From the NCBI GenBank assembly GCA_965112735.1, contig OZ218950.1, forward strand, positions 6,324,001-6,388,000: a DNA stretch of 64,000 nt, read 5' to 3'. The translations under genes and the position numbers were made by a program. Every line of letters starts with the position of its first letter. Positions within the stretch are counted from its first letter, which is position 1. Positions 44,218-56,316 of this stretch are shown here, piece after piece. The notes under the pieces were generated by a model. That model was not told the DNA's origin and did no database searches. It saw only the letters and a list, made by a program, of their open reading frames with translations. The DNA comes from Phaeosaccion multiseriatum. Its lineage: Eukaryota > Protista > Ochrophyta, other classes.

Positions 44218-45792
44218 TTACAAGCGAAACACCTTCAGCCCCTCGGGTAGATCCGCAGGCAGCGGGCACTCAGTCCCGACCTCAAGCACCCTAAGGCCAG
44301 CAGGCAGGCTCTCCAAAGGGCAGGTGTAATTCCATCCCAGTATCAGAGTCCGCAGAGAAGCAGGCAGCTCCAGAGGGAGGTTAAAGTCATACCCCATCTG
44401 CACCTCCTCCACACCACAAGGAAGAGCCATCTGCTGATTGAAGTGATAACCAAGTCTGATCTTCTTCAGAGAGGCAGGCAGCTCCACAGGGAGGTTAAAG
44501 TGATACCCCATCTCCACCTCCTCCACACCACAAGGAAGGACTAACTGTTGATTGAACTCCGATCCCTCATAAAATTTGATCTTCTTCAGAGAGGCAGGCA
44601 GCTCCAGAGGGAGGTTAAAGGCATTCCCCATATGCACCTCCTCCACACCACAAGGAAGGACCAATTGCTGATTGAATTCCTCGCCGAATTTCATCTGCTT
44701 CAGAGAGGCAGGCAGCTCCAGAGGGAGGTTAAAGTAATACCCCATCTGCACCTCCTCCACACCACAAGGAAGGACCACGTGCTGATTGAAGCAAGAGCCG
44801 AATTTGATCTTCTTCAGAGAGGCAGGCAAGTCCAGAGGGAGGTTAAAGTCACGCCCCATCTCCACCTCCTCCACACCACAAGGAAGGACAACGTGCTGAT
44901 TGAAGTGATAGCCAAATCTGATCCTCTTCAGAGAGGCAGGTAGCTCCAGAGGGAGGTTAAAGTCATACCCCATCTGCACCTCCTCCACACCATAAGGAAG
45001 GACCAACTGCTGATTGAACTTCGAGGTCGCATGAAAAAAGATCTTCTTCAGAGAGGCAGGCAGCTCCAGAGGGAGGTTAAAGTCATACCCCATCTGCACC
45101 TCCTCCACACCACAAGGAAGGACCAACGGCTGATTGAACTCCGAGGAGTATGCAAACTTGATCTTCTTCAGAGAGGCAGGGAGATTGATATGTTTGTTAA
45201 ATTGCTGCCCGAATTCCACTTCCACGAGCGTGCCAGGAAGACATACGTCGGCCTGATTGAAACACTCAGAGAAGCGCACAAGCCTGACCGATGCTGGCAG
45301 CAGCGCGAGTACCTTCCCTACGAGAGCCTCATAAGCAGAAACCTTGGCGTCGTCATCTTGGTAGGTCTTGAGACCGAGCTCCACAGACACCACGCGAAAG
45401 AAGCCTCCCTCACCAGGAAATCCAGCCTCATGACGCTCCTGCTGCTGCTGCGCTTCCTGCCTCGCCCGAATCCTCCCCGATCTTCGCGCTCCCTCCGCAG
45501 GACGTCTTTCCTCACAGCCAGTAGATGGAGCAGCAGAGGCAGTACGCATAGTCGCGGGGGGGCAAGCCAAAGCAGCGCTTCTCCCCTCCTCTTCCTGCTG
45601 TCGCTTCAGCAGACTCAGTATGCGCTGCTGGACATGCTCGGGCATTTCGGCGTTGATCCTCAGAGTGCGGGTGGTGACCTCATCGACCTCCTTGCACACC
45701 CCCCACAGAGCTTTGTCGGAGATGAGGCTGGCCACAGTCCTCAGAGCCGCTGTCCCTGCCCCAGGCGTAGCATTGCCCGTCTCCCCACACAT
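44218..45792 (-). CDS. F-box-like/FNIP repeat protein, copy 4 (intact, seven double repeats)
   Basis: 524-aa intronless ORF. Same N-terminus, repeats and C-cap as copies 1-3. Flanks 45793-47360 are an inverted copy of about 1380-2940. Confidence 0.88.
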   Translation of the reverse strand: MCGETGNATPGAGTAALRTVASLISDKALWGVCKEVDEVTTRTLRINAEMPEHVQQRILSLLKRQQEEEGRSAALACPPATMRTASAAPSTGCEERRPAEGARRSGRIRARQEAQQQQERHEAGFPGEGGFFRVVSVELGLKTYQDDDAKVSAYEALVGKVLALLPASVRLVRFSECFNQADVCLPGTLVEVEFGQQFNKHINLPASLKKIKFAYSSEFNQPLVLPCGVEEVQMGYDFNLPLELPASLKKIFFHATSKFNQQLVLPYGVEEVQMGYDFNLPLELPASLKRIRFGYHFNQHVVLPCGVEEVEMGRDFNLPLDLPASLKKIKFGSCFNQHVVLPCGVEEVQMGYYFNLPLELPASLKQMKFGEEFNQQLVLPCGVEEVHMGNAFNLPLELPASLKKIKFYEGSEFNQQLVLPCGVEEVEMGYHFNLPVELPASLKKIRLGYHFNQQMALPCGVEEVQMGYDFNLPLELPASLRTLILGWNYTCPLESLPAGLRVLEVGTECPLPADLPEGLKVFRL

Positions 45793-47720
45793 TTCTCCCC
45801 CCTCGACCTTCCCCCGGCGAATCTCTTCTTTCTGTCCTGGAACCTACCTGGGACTGCCCTCCTCCGTCCTCTGCCACCACTGCTACTACTTCCTCTTCTC
45901 TCTTGGATCTCTCGCTGCCCTGCTGGCTGCTGCTCCGTCTGCCAAGCTGCGGGCAAGGTCCTCCACCCTCGGGTAGAATCCAGCCAATCCAGTCACAGAT
46001 GGGTGGATGTCTAAATTCTAAATTCCCCAACTTTTGATTCATTGATAGGGTAGTTGCTACCTCTGCCTCTCCCTACTCTGGGTACTTGCACGGCTCCGCT
46101 GTTGCTGAGCTTCCCTGCCCCCTGCGACTGACGCGCCGCTCCCCTCCTGGACGCTCCTCTCAGTCCTGCTGCCAAGAGTACACCAGACCTTACTCTACGC
46201 TACTCCTCTCCCCTCCGCCCTCTCTCCTCCCCTCCCCTCCTGCTTCACTCCTCGTCCCCCATCCCCAGCTCCTCCTTGGCAGCGAGGTGCTCCTTGGCCA
46301 CAAGCAGACACGTCATGGCATCGTGCAGCTCGTGCAAGTAGCGCCAGTGGAGCACGCCCTTCTCGTACAGACAAAGCGCCTCCTCCACCTTGCCCTCCTG
46401 CATGCGCAACTGACCAAGGTCCATGTAGGCTGGAGGGAGGGGAGGGGAGGGGCGAAAGGGGTGACACAAAAGACCAACAATGTCCAATTAAGGCTGTGAG
46501 TGAATGCGAATGGTCCTTCCTCTGCTTGCCCACTTCGTCCTCCCCCCCCCCCCCCCCATCCACTGCCATCCTCCCTCCCCACCAACGCACCTCCTGGACA
46601 GTGAGGATCCACCTCTAGTGCCCTGGCGAGGTGAGCGCTGGCGGAAGAGAGGTCGTTCGGAGATATGTAGGCCCGAGCTGTGAGTAGAGATCAGAGATGG
46701 AGTGATGCAGCAGCAGAGAAGAGGGAGGGAGGGAGAGAGGGAGAGAGGGAGAGAGAGAGGGAAAGAGAGGGACAATTATGTGTGAGAGAGATACCGCGAG
46801 TGAGAAGGAGAGGGCGACAGGGGAGGGGGAGAAAGGCAGATTTCGAGCAATGCAACAGAAGGTTGGAGAAAGAGAGGCACACGAAAGAGATGAAGAGGGC
46901 GACAGAGAGAGAGCGAAAGAACAAAGAGGAGGGGTCAGAGAGTACGTGCCTGCAAGTCAGTTCGAGAGAAGTGAGAGAGCTACACACATCCCCTTCCCAT
47001 ACAGCGCAAGGAGAAGGGGGGGGGGGTTGACGCGATTTCCGCATGAAATGATCGCTCACCTTTGTCTCCATCCGGACCAGGCAGAGGCGAAGCTCCCTCT
47101 CCCCCGGGGACGTACCAAGCCCCTGCAGACGCACCGTAGCGGGACAGGGAGGAGGAGCGGGAGGGTGGAGTCTCGGGTATCGGGCATCGAGGCCGCGAGT
47201 CCTGCCCTTGGCCCAAGCAGTGCCGCCGCTGAATATGAGGCTGGGGCTGCGCGTCGGGAGGGTCGCCGGTGCTGCTGGCGCTGGGCTTTCTTTTGCTGCC
47301 GCTGAGATCCCCTCCGCTGAAGGGGGTCGAAGCTCTGCCCTCCACCCATCATGCTCCTCTCCTGCCCCTCCTCCTCCTCCTCCTCCTCCTCCTCCTCCTC
47401 CTCCTCCTCCTCCTCCTCCTCCTCCTCCTCCTCCTCCTCCTCCTCCTCCTCCTCCTCCTCCTCCTCCTTCTCCTCCACACAGTGGTCGTCCTCCTCCTCC
47501 CTCTGCTGCCATCCCCGCTGTCTCCTCCCACACTGCCGAGAGCTTGCAAGTGAGAGGAGCTCCTTCTCTCTCTCTCTACTCCCCGAGGATCTGACCAAGG
47601 AGGGTGCGGCGTTTGCCCCTGCCTTGCCATGGAGGACGAGACCCCTTCAGCCCTCATGCCCCTCGCATTGGCCTTGACCCACGCAACGCTACTGCTTCTC
47701 CCCCCCCCCCCCTCCCTCAT

Positions 47721-47837
47721 CTAAGTGGCCTCCCTGCTCCTGCTGGTGCTTGTACTACGCAAGTAGCCGGGCGTCGCATGTATGTCGCGCTTCGCTCCCG
47801 TCCCTCTCCCACTTGCCAAGCTTCTGCCGCCGCCACC

Positions 47838-47868
<31 letters not shown>

Positions 47869-48041
47869 TGACTACCCACCCCTTCCCGCCCCACATACTG
47901 CTTGTGAGCCTCGTGAGTGATGGTCAGCTTGCCGCTGCTCTTACTCCCCTTCGGAAACCCATTTCGCGTTGCCGCTTTCCCATAGCTGGCCCGCAGGCCC
48001 ACATCGCTACACCTTCTATTACTACCACTACTCCTTCTAGA

Positions 48042-48074
<33 letters not shown>

Positions 48075-50662
48075 TCTGTGGCCGCTACTCCCGCTACTGC
48101 CGCCCTTGCCTCGAGTCACTAAGCCCTCTGCCCCTCCGTTGGACACAGACGGTGCAAGGACTGCCTCCTCGAGGGCCGTGCACTTGCTGCGGCCCTGCCC
48201 GTTCTGCCTGTTCTGCCCGGAGTGCCCGTAACCGTCGCCGCCATGGTGATATGCGTCATCGCTGTCGTCGCCATCTGTCCTCCCAGACGATTGCGATTGG
48301 TACACGCTTGGGTCGTAAGCCCACCGGCGCCGCCCCCCCCCACCCCCACCTTCCGACGATGAGGCGGGGGGCGGCGGCGGAGGCATCAAGTCTCTGTCAG
48401 TCTCCACGCCTCTCTCCCGACGCCTTCCTCCTCCTCTTCCTCCTCTGCTGCTGCCCCCCCAGAGGCCATTCTTCACCCCCACCCCTGCTGCGGACGTCCC
48501 GGCGGCTTTGGAAGGAGAGAAGAAGCGCGAGTCCTCCGCTGGAGTGCGGGCCGAGGATGACGACGACGACGACGACGACGACGACACTCGCAGAGGCAGG
48601 GGTGCCGCCAACAGAGATGGCCTTGCCTGCTCTCGTCCCGGCTCTGCCGCTCCTGCCGTTTCCGCCGCTCCTTCTGTCTCTCTCGCTTCTTTTCCGAAGC
48701 TTGTCTCTACTGGACGCGATTGTGGGCGCGCGCGTGGTGATGACACGGGAGAGAGGCTCGAGAGCGCCATGCTTCCCACGCTGCCAATCCAGCTGCCCAG
48801 TCCGCCGAGGGCACCGCCGAATCCCCCCCTTTCGAAGACACCCCGAGCTTCTCCGTTTCCTCCTCCTCCTTCTGGTGAAGGTGGTGATGTGGTCACAGCA
48901 GCATCATCATCCTCCCATCGAGCGAGAGCACGAGGAGGAGGAGGAGAAGAAGCGACAGTAGGCCTACTCCTAATACGCCTCCTTGTGCTCTCTGCGGTGT
49001 GTGTGTATACGACGTCGACAGTTGTGTCTTGTCCTTCGTCGTGCGCTCTCTCGGGAGGGGGGCGGGCATCCACCACGCCACTACGGCTACTTGTCGCCAT
49101 ATCACCAACGCCCCCCCCGTTCATCACCCCCTCGCTGGCGCGGCTGCTGACACCAGATTGTAGGCTGACACCAGGTCGTGCCCGGGGGGGCGATAGCGAC
49201 ACTGACATGAGCGCCTCCTTCTCCTCCTTGGCCAGCTCCTCCTCGAGCCTTCTATCCGCCTCAGCCATGATGCGCTGGCTCCTCATGTCCGCCTCCGGAG
49301 TCATGAAGTTGTCCACCCCCTCGGGCAGGCATGCACAAAGATACTCCGCAGGCGCTGTATTACCAACTGCTCCTGCTGCTCCTGCTGCTCCTGCGTCGGC
49401 CCACACCTTCAGCGGGGTCAACCCTTCTATAAAGTCATCCAATTGCGCCCCACCAATCGCACCGCCATCCACCGCCACGCCGTAGCGCACAGGGAGAGTC
49501 TGCCCGTGCTCATCTACGAGCATCAAGTGGCGCTGGGGCGGTGTCTTCACCTGCCTTCCTCCCCTCCTCCTCTGCACGAGGGGCACCGCGGCAAGGAAGT
49601 GGCCGCCCACCCCTCCCGCTCTGGTGGTGAAGCCGATCACGAGAGGCACCTTGCAAACCCCTGCCTCTTCCCCTACCCCTGCTCCTGCTCCTGCTCCTGT
49701 CCCTACCCTTGTCCTTGTCCCTCTCTGCTGGGTCATCCCTCCTGTCTGGTGGACGAAGGTAGGCAAGTACAGACCCTTCATGGCTCCCTCCTGCACCCGC
49801 CCACCGCTCGAGTCCCTCACATACTCGTCTGCGTACACAATGATGGCTCGATGGCAGATGTTGGCCAGCACAAACACATGGAAGGAGGAGAGAGACGTGC
49901 CGAACTCCGTGGCATCTTGCTGCAGGCGTTGCCACTCCTGATCCATCTGTGAATCGTCCCGCTCAAAGCCGTACACAGCCTGGTCCTGACGCCTCTCCCA
50001 CGCCTCCCACACCCTGCGCAGTGCGACCCTCTTCGCCTCGTCTACGATCATCCACTCGACCAGCAGGCCGCGCAGCTGCTGGCTGCGGTCATGGTCGGTG
50101 CCCCACATGGCAATGGAGCAGGCGTAAAGGAGGCAGTTGCCGTCGCCCTCGGTCAGCAGGGGGACCAGCTCGCAGTTCAAAGCGCGGACCACTCTGCGTG
50201 TGCGTGTGTGCGTGTATGTGTGTGAGTGTGAGTGTCAGGCAGTGTGGGGGGAAATGGAGGGGAGAGAGGGGCAGGTTGTTGCTGGTTAGGCGGGACAAGC
50301 ACAATAGCTCAACAGGCCAGCAGATGTACTTGCTCAGTCACTTACTTGCTCACTTACCCGTCTGTGGGGAGCGATCCAGGCGGTCTCCAGCGCAGCATGG
50401 GGCCCAATTGCTCTTTCACCTCCCTGCTCGTGTCCAGGGGAAGGAATGCGATCACCCTTCTGTCCTTGGCGACAAGCATGAAGGTAGAGAGCATGCTCTT
50501 TTGAATGGAAGGGAAGGGGAGAAGAGGAGAGAGTAGCCGAGTATTACGAGGGGAACAAGGGGAGGAGGGGGGAGAAGAAGGTGGGTCGGGGAGATGAGAG
50601 AAAAGTATAGCAAAAGCCCCAAGCATCGCCGCACTTACCTCCTGCGGACCCTCCTCCGCCAT
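47721..50662 (-). CDS. OTU deubiquitinase of the A20/Cezanne/TRABID type with a long disordered C-terminus
   Basis: GDGNCLLYACSIAMWG, FHVFVLANICHRAIIVY, GLYLP, GHF. Exons about 50639-50662, 50357-50497 and 47721-50193. Confidence 0.85.
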
Positions 50663-51003
50663 ACTGAGTCGCCTCCGCGGGAGAGCCAGCAGGCTTCCTT
50701 TCTACCCTCCCGTAAGCCGAAATATTATTCGAACTACATCCCCCCCCCCTCGTCTCCCCCCCTCGTCTCCCCCCCTCGCTCCGGATCGTGCTGCGCTCTC
50801 GTGCAATTTCGCCGTCCAGTTTCCTCTCTCCGGAGATAAGCAAACTTCCTCTAGTGTACTTCCACCGCTGCGTCTTTTCTTGTCCTCTCCTCTACGAGCT
50901 CCGCCTCTTGCGGCGTTTACAATCCAATGCGTTGGAGATCAACAGACAGATGGCACCCGATGCGCACCGAAAAATCTCATCAATAAACTCGCCCTCTGCG
51001 GCG

Positions 51004-52695
51004 ATGAATGTTATCCAGGAGATCAAGCGAATAAACGAGCGGGAGCTCAAGGAGGGTATCTCTGAGAGCGCCTCTTGGCACACCAAATATGAGAGCAGCG
51101 CCTGGGTCTATGTCGGGGGGGTGCCATACGAGCTGACTGAGGGAGACCTCCTCTGTGTGATGAGCCAGTGGGGAGAGGTGGAGGACATCAACCTCGTCCG
51201 AGACAAGGAGACGGGCAAGAGCAAGGTATGCGTGCAGGCACCGGCGGGAGGGAAAATGGATCGCGCTCGGAGGTATAGGGTGGAGCTTATGGGGTTGTGG
51301 CAGTGCCTATGGGCGGTACTACTCCTCCTCCTCCTCCTCCTCCTCCTCCCCCTCCCCTCTTCTCAATGACTTCCGCGAGCCTCAACTCTTCGTCCTCCCT
51401 CCGGCGCACCGATTTCCCTGCTCTATGCCCGCTCTGCTTCGCCCCCCCTCACTCACTCCCCCCTCATTCACCCACTACACTCGCTCGTTAACGTATCCAT
51501 CCAGGGCTTCGCCTTTCTCAAGTACGAGGACCAGCGCAGTACCGTACTGGCGGTGGACAACTTTAATGGCGTGCAGATCCTGGACAGGACCATCCGAGTG
51601 GACCACTGCGAGAAGTACAAGCTGCCCAAGGAGGTGAGAGTGGGAGGTCGTATACGTTACAGAGGGGAGAGGAAGTAGCAGTAGCCTTTGCTTGGCAAAT
51701 TGTGGTATAATTGCGGTATTATATGCCAAGGGCAAGGGAGCAGTGAGCAGTGGTGACTCCCCGGTTTGGACAGTCGACTTTCTAAGCGTGGACTGGTCAT
51801 CTCTCCTCTCCCACCTCTTTCTCACTCTCCCATCTCCATCTCCATCTCACTCTCCGTCTCTTTTTTGTCTCTATCTCTACCTCTATCTCTCTCCCTGTCT
51901 CTCCCTCTCTCACCCTCTCTCCCTCTTCTCTTTCTCTCTCTCTCTATCTCTCTCCCTCTCTCTCCCTCTCTCTCTCCCTCTCTCTCCCTCTCTCCCCCTC
52001 TCTCTCCCTCTCTCTCTTCCTCTCCTTCCACCTCTGTCATGAATCTGCAGCTGAAAGACAAGGAGGAAGCGGCCGAGGAGGCGGGCACGGGAGACGGGGT
52101 GGTGCGATGGACACCGGGACACGCTTACGAGGGGAAGAAGATTGTGGGGGATCACAGCCTCAAGAAAGGTGTTGATTTGTGGGACAAGACTGCGGCTGAG
52201 GAGGGAGGGGAGAAGAAGCATGGCAAGAAGAGGCGGAGGGGGGAGGGAGGGGGAGGAGGGAGTGAAGACGGCGGGAAGGAGAGCAAGAAGGAGAAGAAGG
52301 AGAGGAAAGAGAAGAAGAAGGAGAAGAAAGAGAAGAAGGAGAAGAAGAAGGAGAAGAAGGAGAGGGAGAGCGGCGAGCAAAGAAGGGAGGGCGACGGTTA
52401 CCTCCGAAACGGCAGAGGAAGCGAAGGAGGGTGGTCTGGGGGAGGGGGTCGAGGAGGGGGCCGAGGAGGGGGCCGAGGAGGGGGGGGTATGCCCGCACCG
52501 GAGGCAGAGCTGGGTAACATCCTCAGGCCGAGAGACGCGGGACCTGTGGGCGACTGGAGAGGCATCATGTCGGAGGGTACAGGGAGAGGGGGGAGGGGAG
52601 GAGGACGAGGGGGAGGGGGAGGAGGACGAGGAGGGTTCTCGAGCCGAGGCGGAGGAGGAGGAGGAGGGAGGGGGGGAGGGAGAGGCAGGGGGTAA
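51004..52695 (+). CDS. RBMX2: RES-complex RRM protein RBMX2/Ist3/Snu17
   Basis: Exons 51004-51225, 51505-51633, 52051-52695. [53 protein letters not shown]. Lys/Glu-rich and RGG tail. Confidence 0.92.
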
Positions 52696-53142
52696 GCCCC
52701 GAGCTGTATTGGTAGGCGGGTTGGTAATAGGGGGGAGAAGGTATTTGTATTTTTACATTTCTAGTCCGAGTCCCCCAAAGAAAAGAGAGGGGTAAAGGAC
52801 TAAAATACTTGCCAAAGGTTAATCCCAACTATTGTACTCAACTTTTAAAATGGGCGACGTCTGATGTGCGCCGAATTAACCAAAATCAATCGATCGATCA
52901 TCATAAATAATAGAAATAGTTCTGTCCCCTGTCCCCCTCTTCTTACTGTACTTCCTTCTAAATAATGTAAATTGTGTGCCTCACTCGAAATCAGCGAACT
53001 TGACGCGTAAATGGGGCAAGCACACACACACAGCTTTGCTTTGTTTTACTTGGCCTTGCCATACTTTACTCTGTTTTTCTTTGCTCTGTCCTCTCGTCTG
53101 CTCTGGTCTGGATCACCAACTGCTCTGATTGTGTAGTCTCTC

Positions 53143-53398
53143 TCAGTCGAGGAAAAGTACCACGTGGTCAGGGAAGCCAAGGTCTCTTAGATGCTCGTAC
53201 ATGCTCTGTAGAGCCCATGATTCACAAACGGGAAAAGCGTCGGGGGTAGAGGCGTATGGGTAGGGGTGGAGGAGGGGCGGTATGGATGAGAGGAGGCAGG
53301 CAAGCCAACAGGATAGCACGAGGGTCGACAGCCGTAAGGGGCATCACCCGCAGCAGCAGCAGCAGCAGCAGCAGCAGACATACAGATAGAAAAAAGGC

Positions 53399-53479
<81 letters not shown>

Positions 53480-53504
53480 GGATAGACAGACAGACAGACA
53501 GACT

Positions 53505-53551
<47 letters not shown>

Positions 53552-53576
53552 GGATAGACAGACAGACAGACAGACT

Positions 53577-53638
<62 letters not shown>

Positions 53639-56272
53639 GAGACAGACAGACAGGCAGACAGACAGACACACAGACAGACAGACGGACAGACAGATAGACA
53701 GACAGACAGAGACAGGCCACAGTCATAAAACCCCATTCAAGACCACGTAACACCAACGAAAGGTTCCCCTCCTTCGTTGAGTCAGTCCCTCCCTCCCTCC
53801 TTGCCTTGTACTCACGTCGGCAAAGGGCGGCGGACCCGACACGATTATCACCGTGTTTCGGGAGTGCTGCTCCGGCTCCGGAGGGGCCGCCGAGTTCTCC
53901 CTATCCTTCTCCTTCTTCTCCTCCACCTCCTCCTCCTCCTCTTCCTCCGCCTCCCCTCCCTTCGACGACATTAGACGCCGCATACTCCTCTGCACATCTG
54001 CGTTGTCACTCCCCATGTCCCGCATGATCATCGATCGGAGAATGTTCCACGCCTCCTTGTCCTTCTTGCTCTTGCCGATACCCAGCCCTCCTAGGAGAGA
54101 GTCGACCTTCTCCAGCTGCTCCTCATGGGGAAGCTTCCGCATACTGTCGTGGTGCTTCTCCCACTCGAGGCCCTCCAAGGGCTTGGCCAACATGGTGGCA
54201 ATGTCGTCCTGTTGGAGCAGTCGCCATTCGTTGTGTAGTGTGTTTTTTTTTGGGAGGTGGTGGTGGTGTGTTGATGAGAAAGAGGAGCGAAAGACGTAGG
54301 CGACTCGCATGTTAGCTCAAAGAGGGAAGGGAAAGGGATGGTTCGGAAGGACGAGGGACGCGCAGACCATGGAGCCATCAAAACATTCATACAGAGCGCA
54401 CGGACGCACGCACGAACGTACACACGCACGCACACATGTACGCATACACAAACGAGGCGCCACTCCCTCGCTCCTCTCCCCCCCTCTAATTCTAGTGACT
54501 TGCCCGAGAGATCCTTCCGACAATGCATTGCTCACGCTGGCGTCGGGCCTCCTGAGCTGCCAAAACAACTGCCGCTAGCCCCTGCTGCCGTTGTTGTTGC
54601 TGCTGCTGCCCTTCCGGCGGCGGCGGTGGTGGTACTGAGGCAGAACTCAAAGGAGAGTGCAGCGGACTCTGCGTCGGGGTGATCTCAATCCCATCCCCTT
54701 GGTCGCCTCGGATAGACACACTGGAGTGGGTCCCTACCCCTGTCCCTGACTCTGCCCTCCCGCCGCTGCCTGTTGCTGCCCCTGCCCCGCTCTTGCTGCC
54801 GACCCCTGCCTGCATGGCGACCGTAGACCAGGAGGAGGGGATGGCGGTCTGGCTCAGGCCGTTGTTGTGGGGCATGCTCACGGACTGGGGCCTCGTGTAA
54901 TCCTTGGGATCAGCAAGATTCGCGGTCAGAAGACCTCCTCCTGCCTCCTCCTCCTCCGCCCCCACCTCGGATACCGCAGCTCTTTTGGTGTCTGCGAAGG
55001 AGGAGGAGGAGCACGAGGAGGAGGAGGAGGAGGAGGAGGAGGAGGAGGGGCACGAGGACGAGGGGCAGGAGGAGGGGGGGGGAAGAGGAGGAGGAGGAGA
55101 AGGAGGAGGAGGAGGAGGTGGTGGTGGTGGTGGTGGAGGAGGAGGAGGAGGAGGAGGAGGAGGAGGAGGAGGAGAAGGAGGAGGAGGAAAAAGAGGAGGA
55201 GAAGAGGAGGAGAAAGAGGAGGAGAAAAAGGAGGAGAAAAAGGAGGAGGGTTGGGCCAAGGGAAAGAGAGAATGAGCCTGACCTGACCTGATCCCTAGCG
55301 CCTCTGCACCCTATCTGTATCAGTCAGTCAGTCAGTCAGTCAGTCAGTCAGTCAGTCAGTCAGTCGTCCCCCTGAGTCTGTCCCTGAGCCTGAGCCTGAG
55401 CCTGAACCACTTCATGCTCTTCGTCTCACTCACCCTTGGCGCAGCTAAGGCCGAAGCAACTCGACGCTGGCGGGGCCTCCTCCGAGCTATCCGACAGTAA
55501 AGCAATCAAAAGCCGGGCAAAGCGCCGGGGTGGGGTGGGGTGGGGTGGGGTGGGGCGGTTAAGATGGTTGTAACGTGCTAAGGTGCGTAAGGATGGTGAG
55601 GCGCTAAGGTGGTATGTGACGCGTAGTACACATAACAGGGAAGGAGAGAGAGAGAGATGGATGGAGATCCATCGCTCCCTTCTCCCCATCCCTGCCTGCC
55701 TCCCTCCCTCCCTCCCCCTCTTGCCCTTTCTCCTCACCATCCCACACACACATACACACACAATTACGTAATTCTTAAGTGGATTCCCGTAAGTCAACAT
55801 ATACATCTCCTCACCATCCAACGAATTGTCTCCAGCCCCCGACGAAGAAGCTCCCCTTCCCGTCTGTCCCACTGCCCCCCTTCTTCTTGAGCTTCTTAGG
55901 CCCGTGCTTGTCTCCCTCGCTGCAGTAGACAGAGTAGAGGAAGGAGTCCTTCTCAGCGTCTGCTACCATCTCCTCCAGCTCCGCCAGGCCGAAAACGTCT
56001 CTGCGGAAAAGGGAAAAAAAATGGACGCAAGAGGGACAAAGAGGGAGAGAGAGCGACAGAGAGAAACAAAGAGGCAAGCAAGAGACAGAGACCAGAAACA
56101 CAAACACGGCGACAGGAGCACTGTGTTGATGAGTTGAGCCCCTTTGCCGGTGAGCTTTGTGCCCACCCTCACCCCAAAGCAGCTGGACCAGGAGGATAAG
56201 GCAGACGTACAGAAAGCGCGAACGAGCTGAAACTCAACACCCACACAGCAGGCGCACGCACGCACATACACG

Positions 56273-56316
<44 letters not shown>

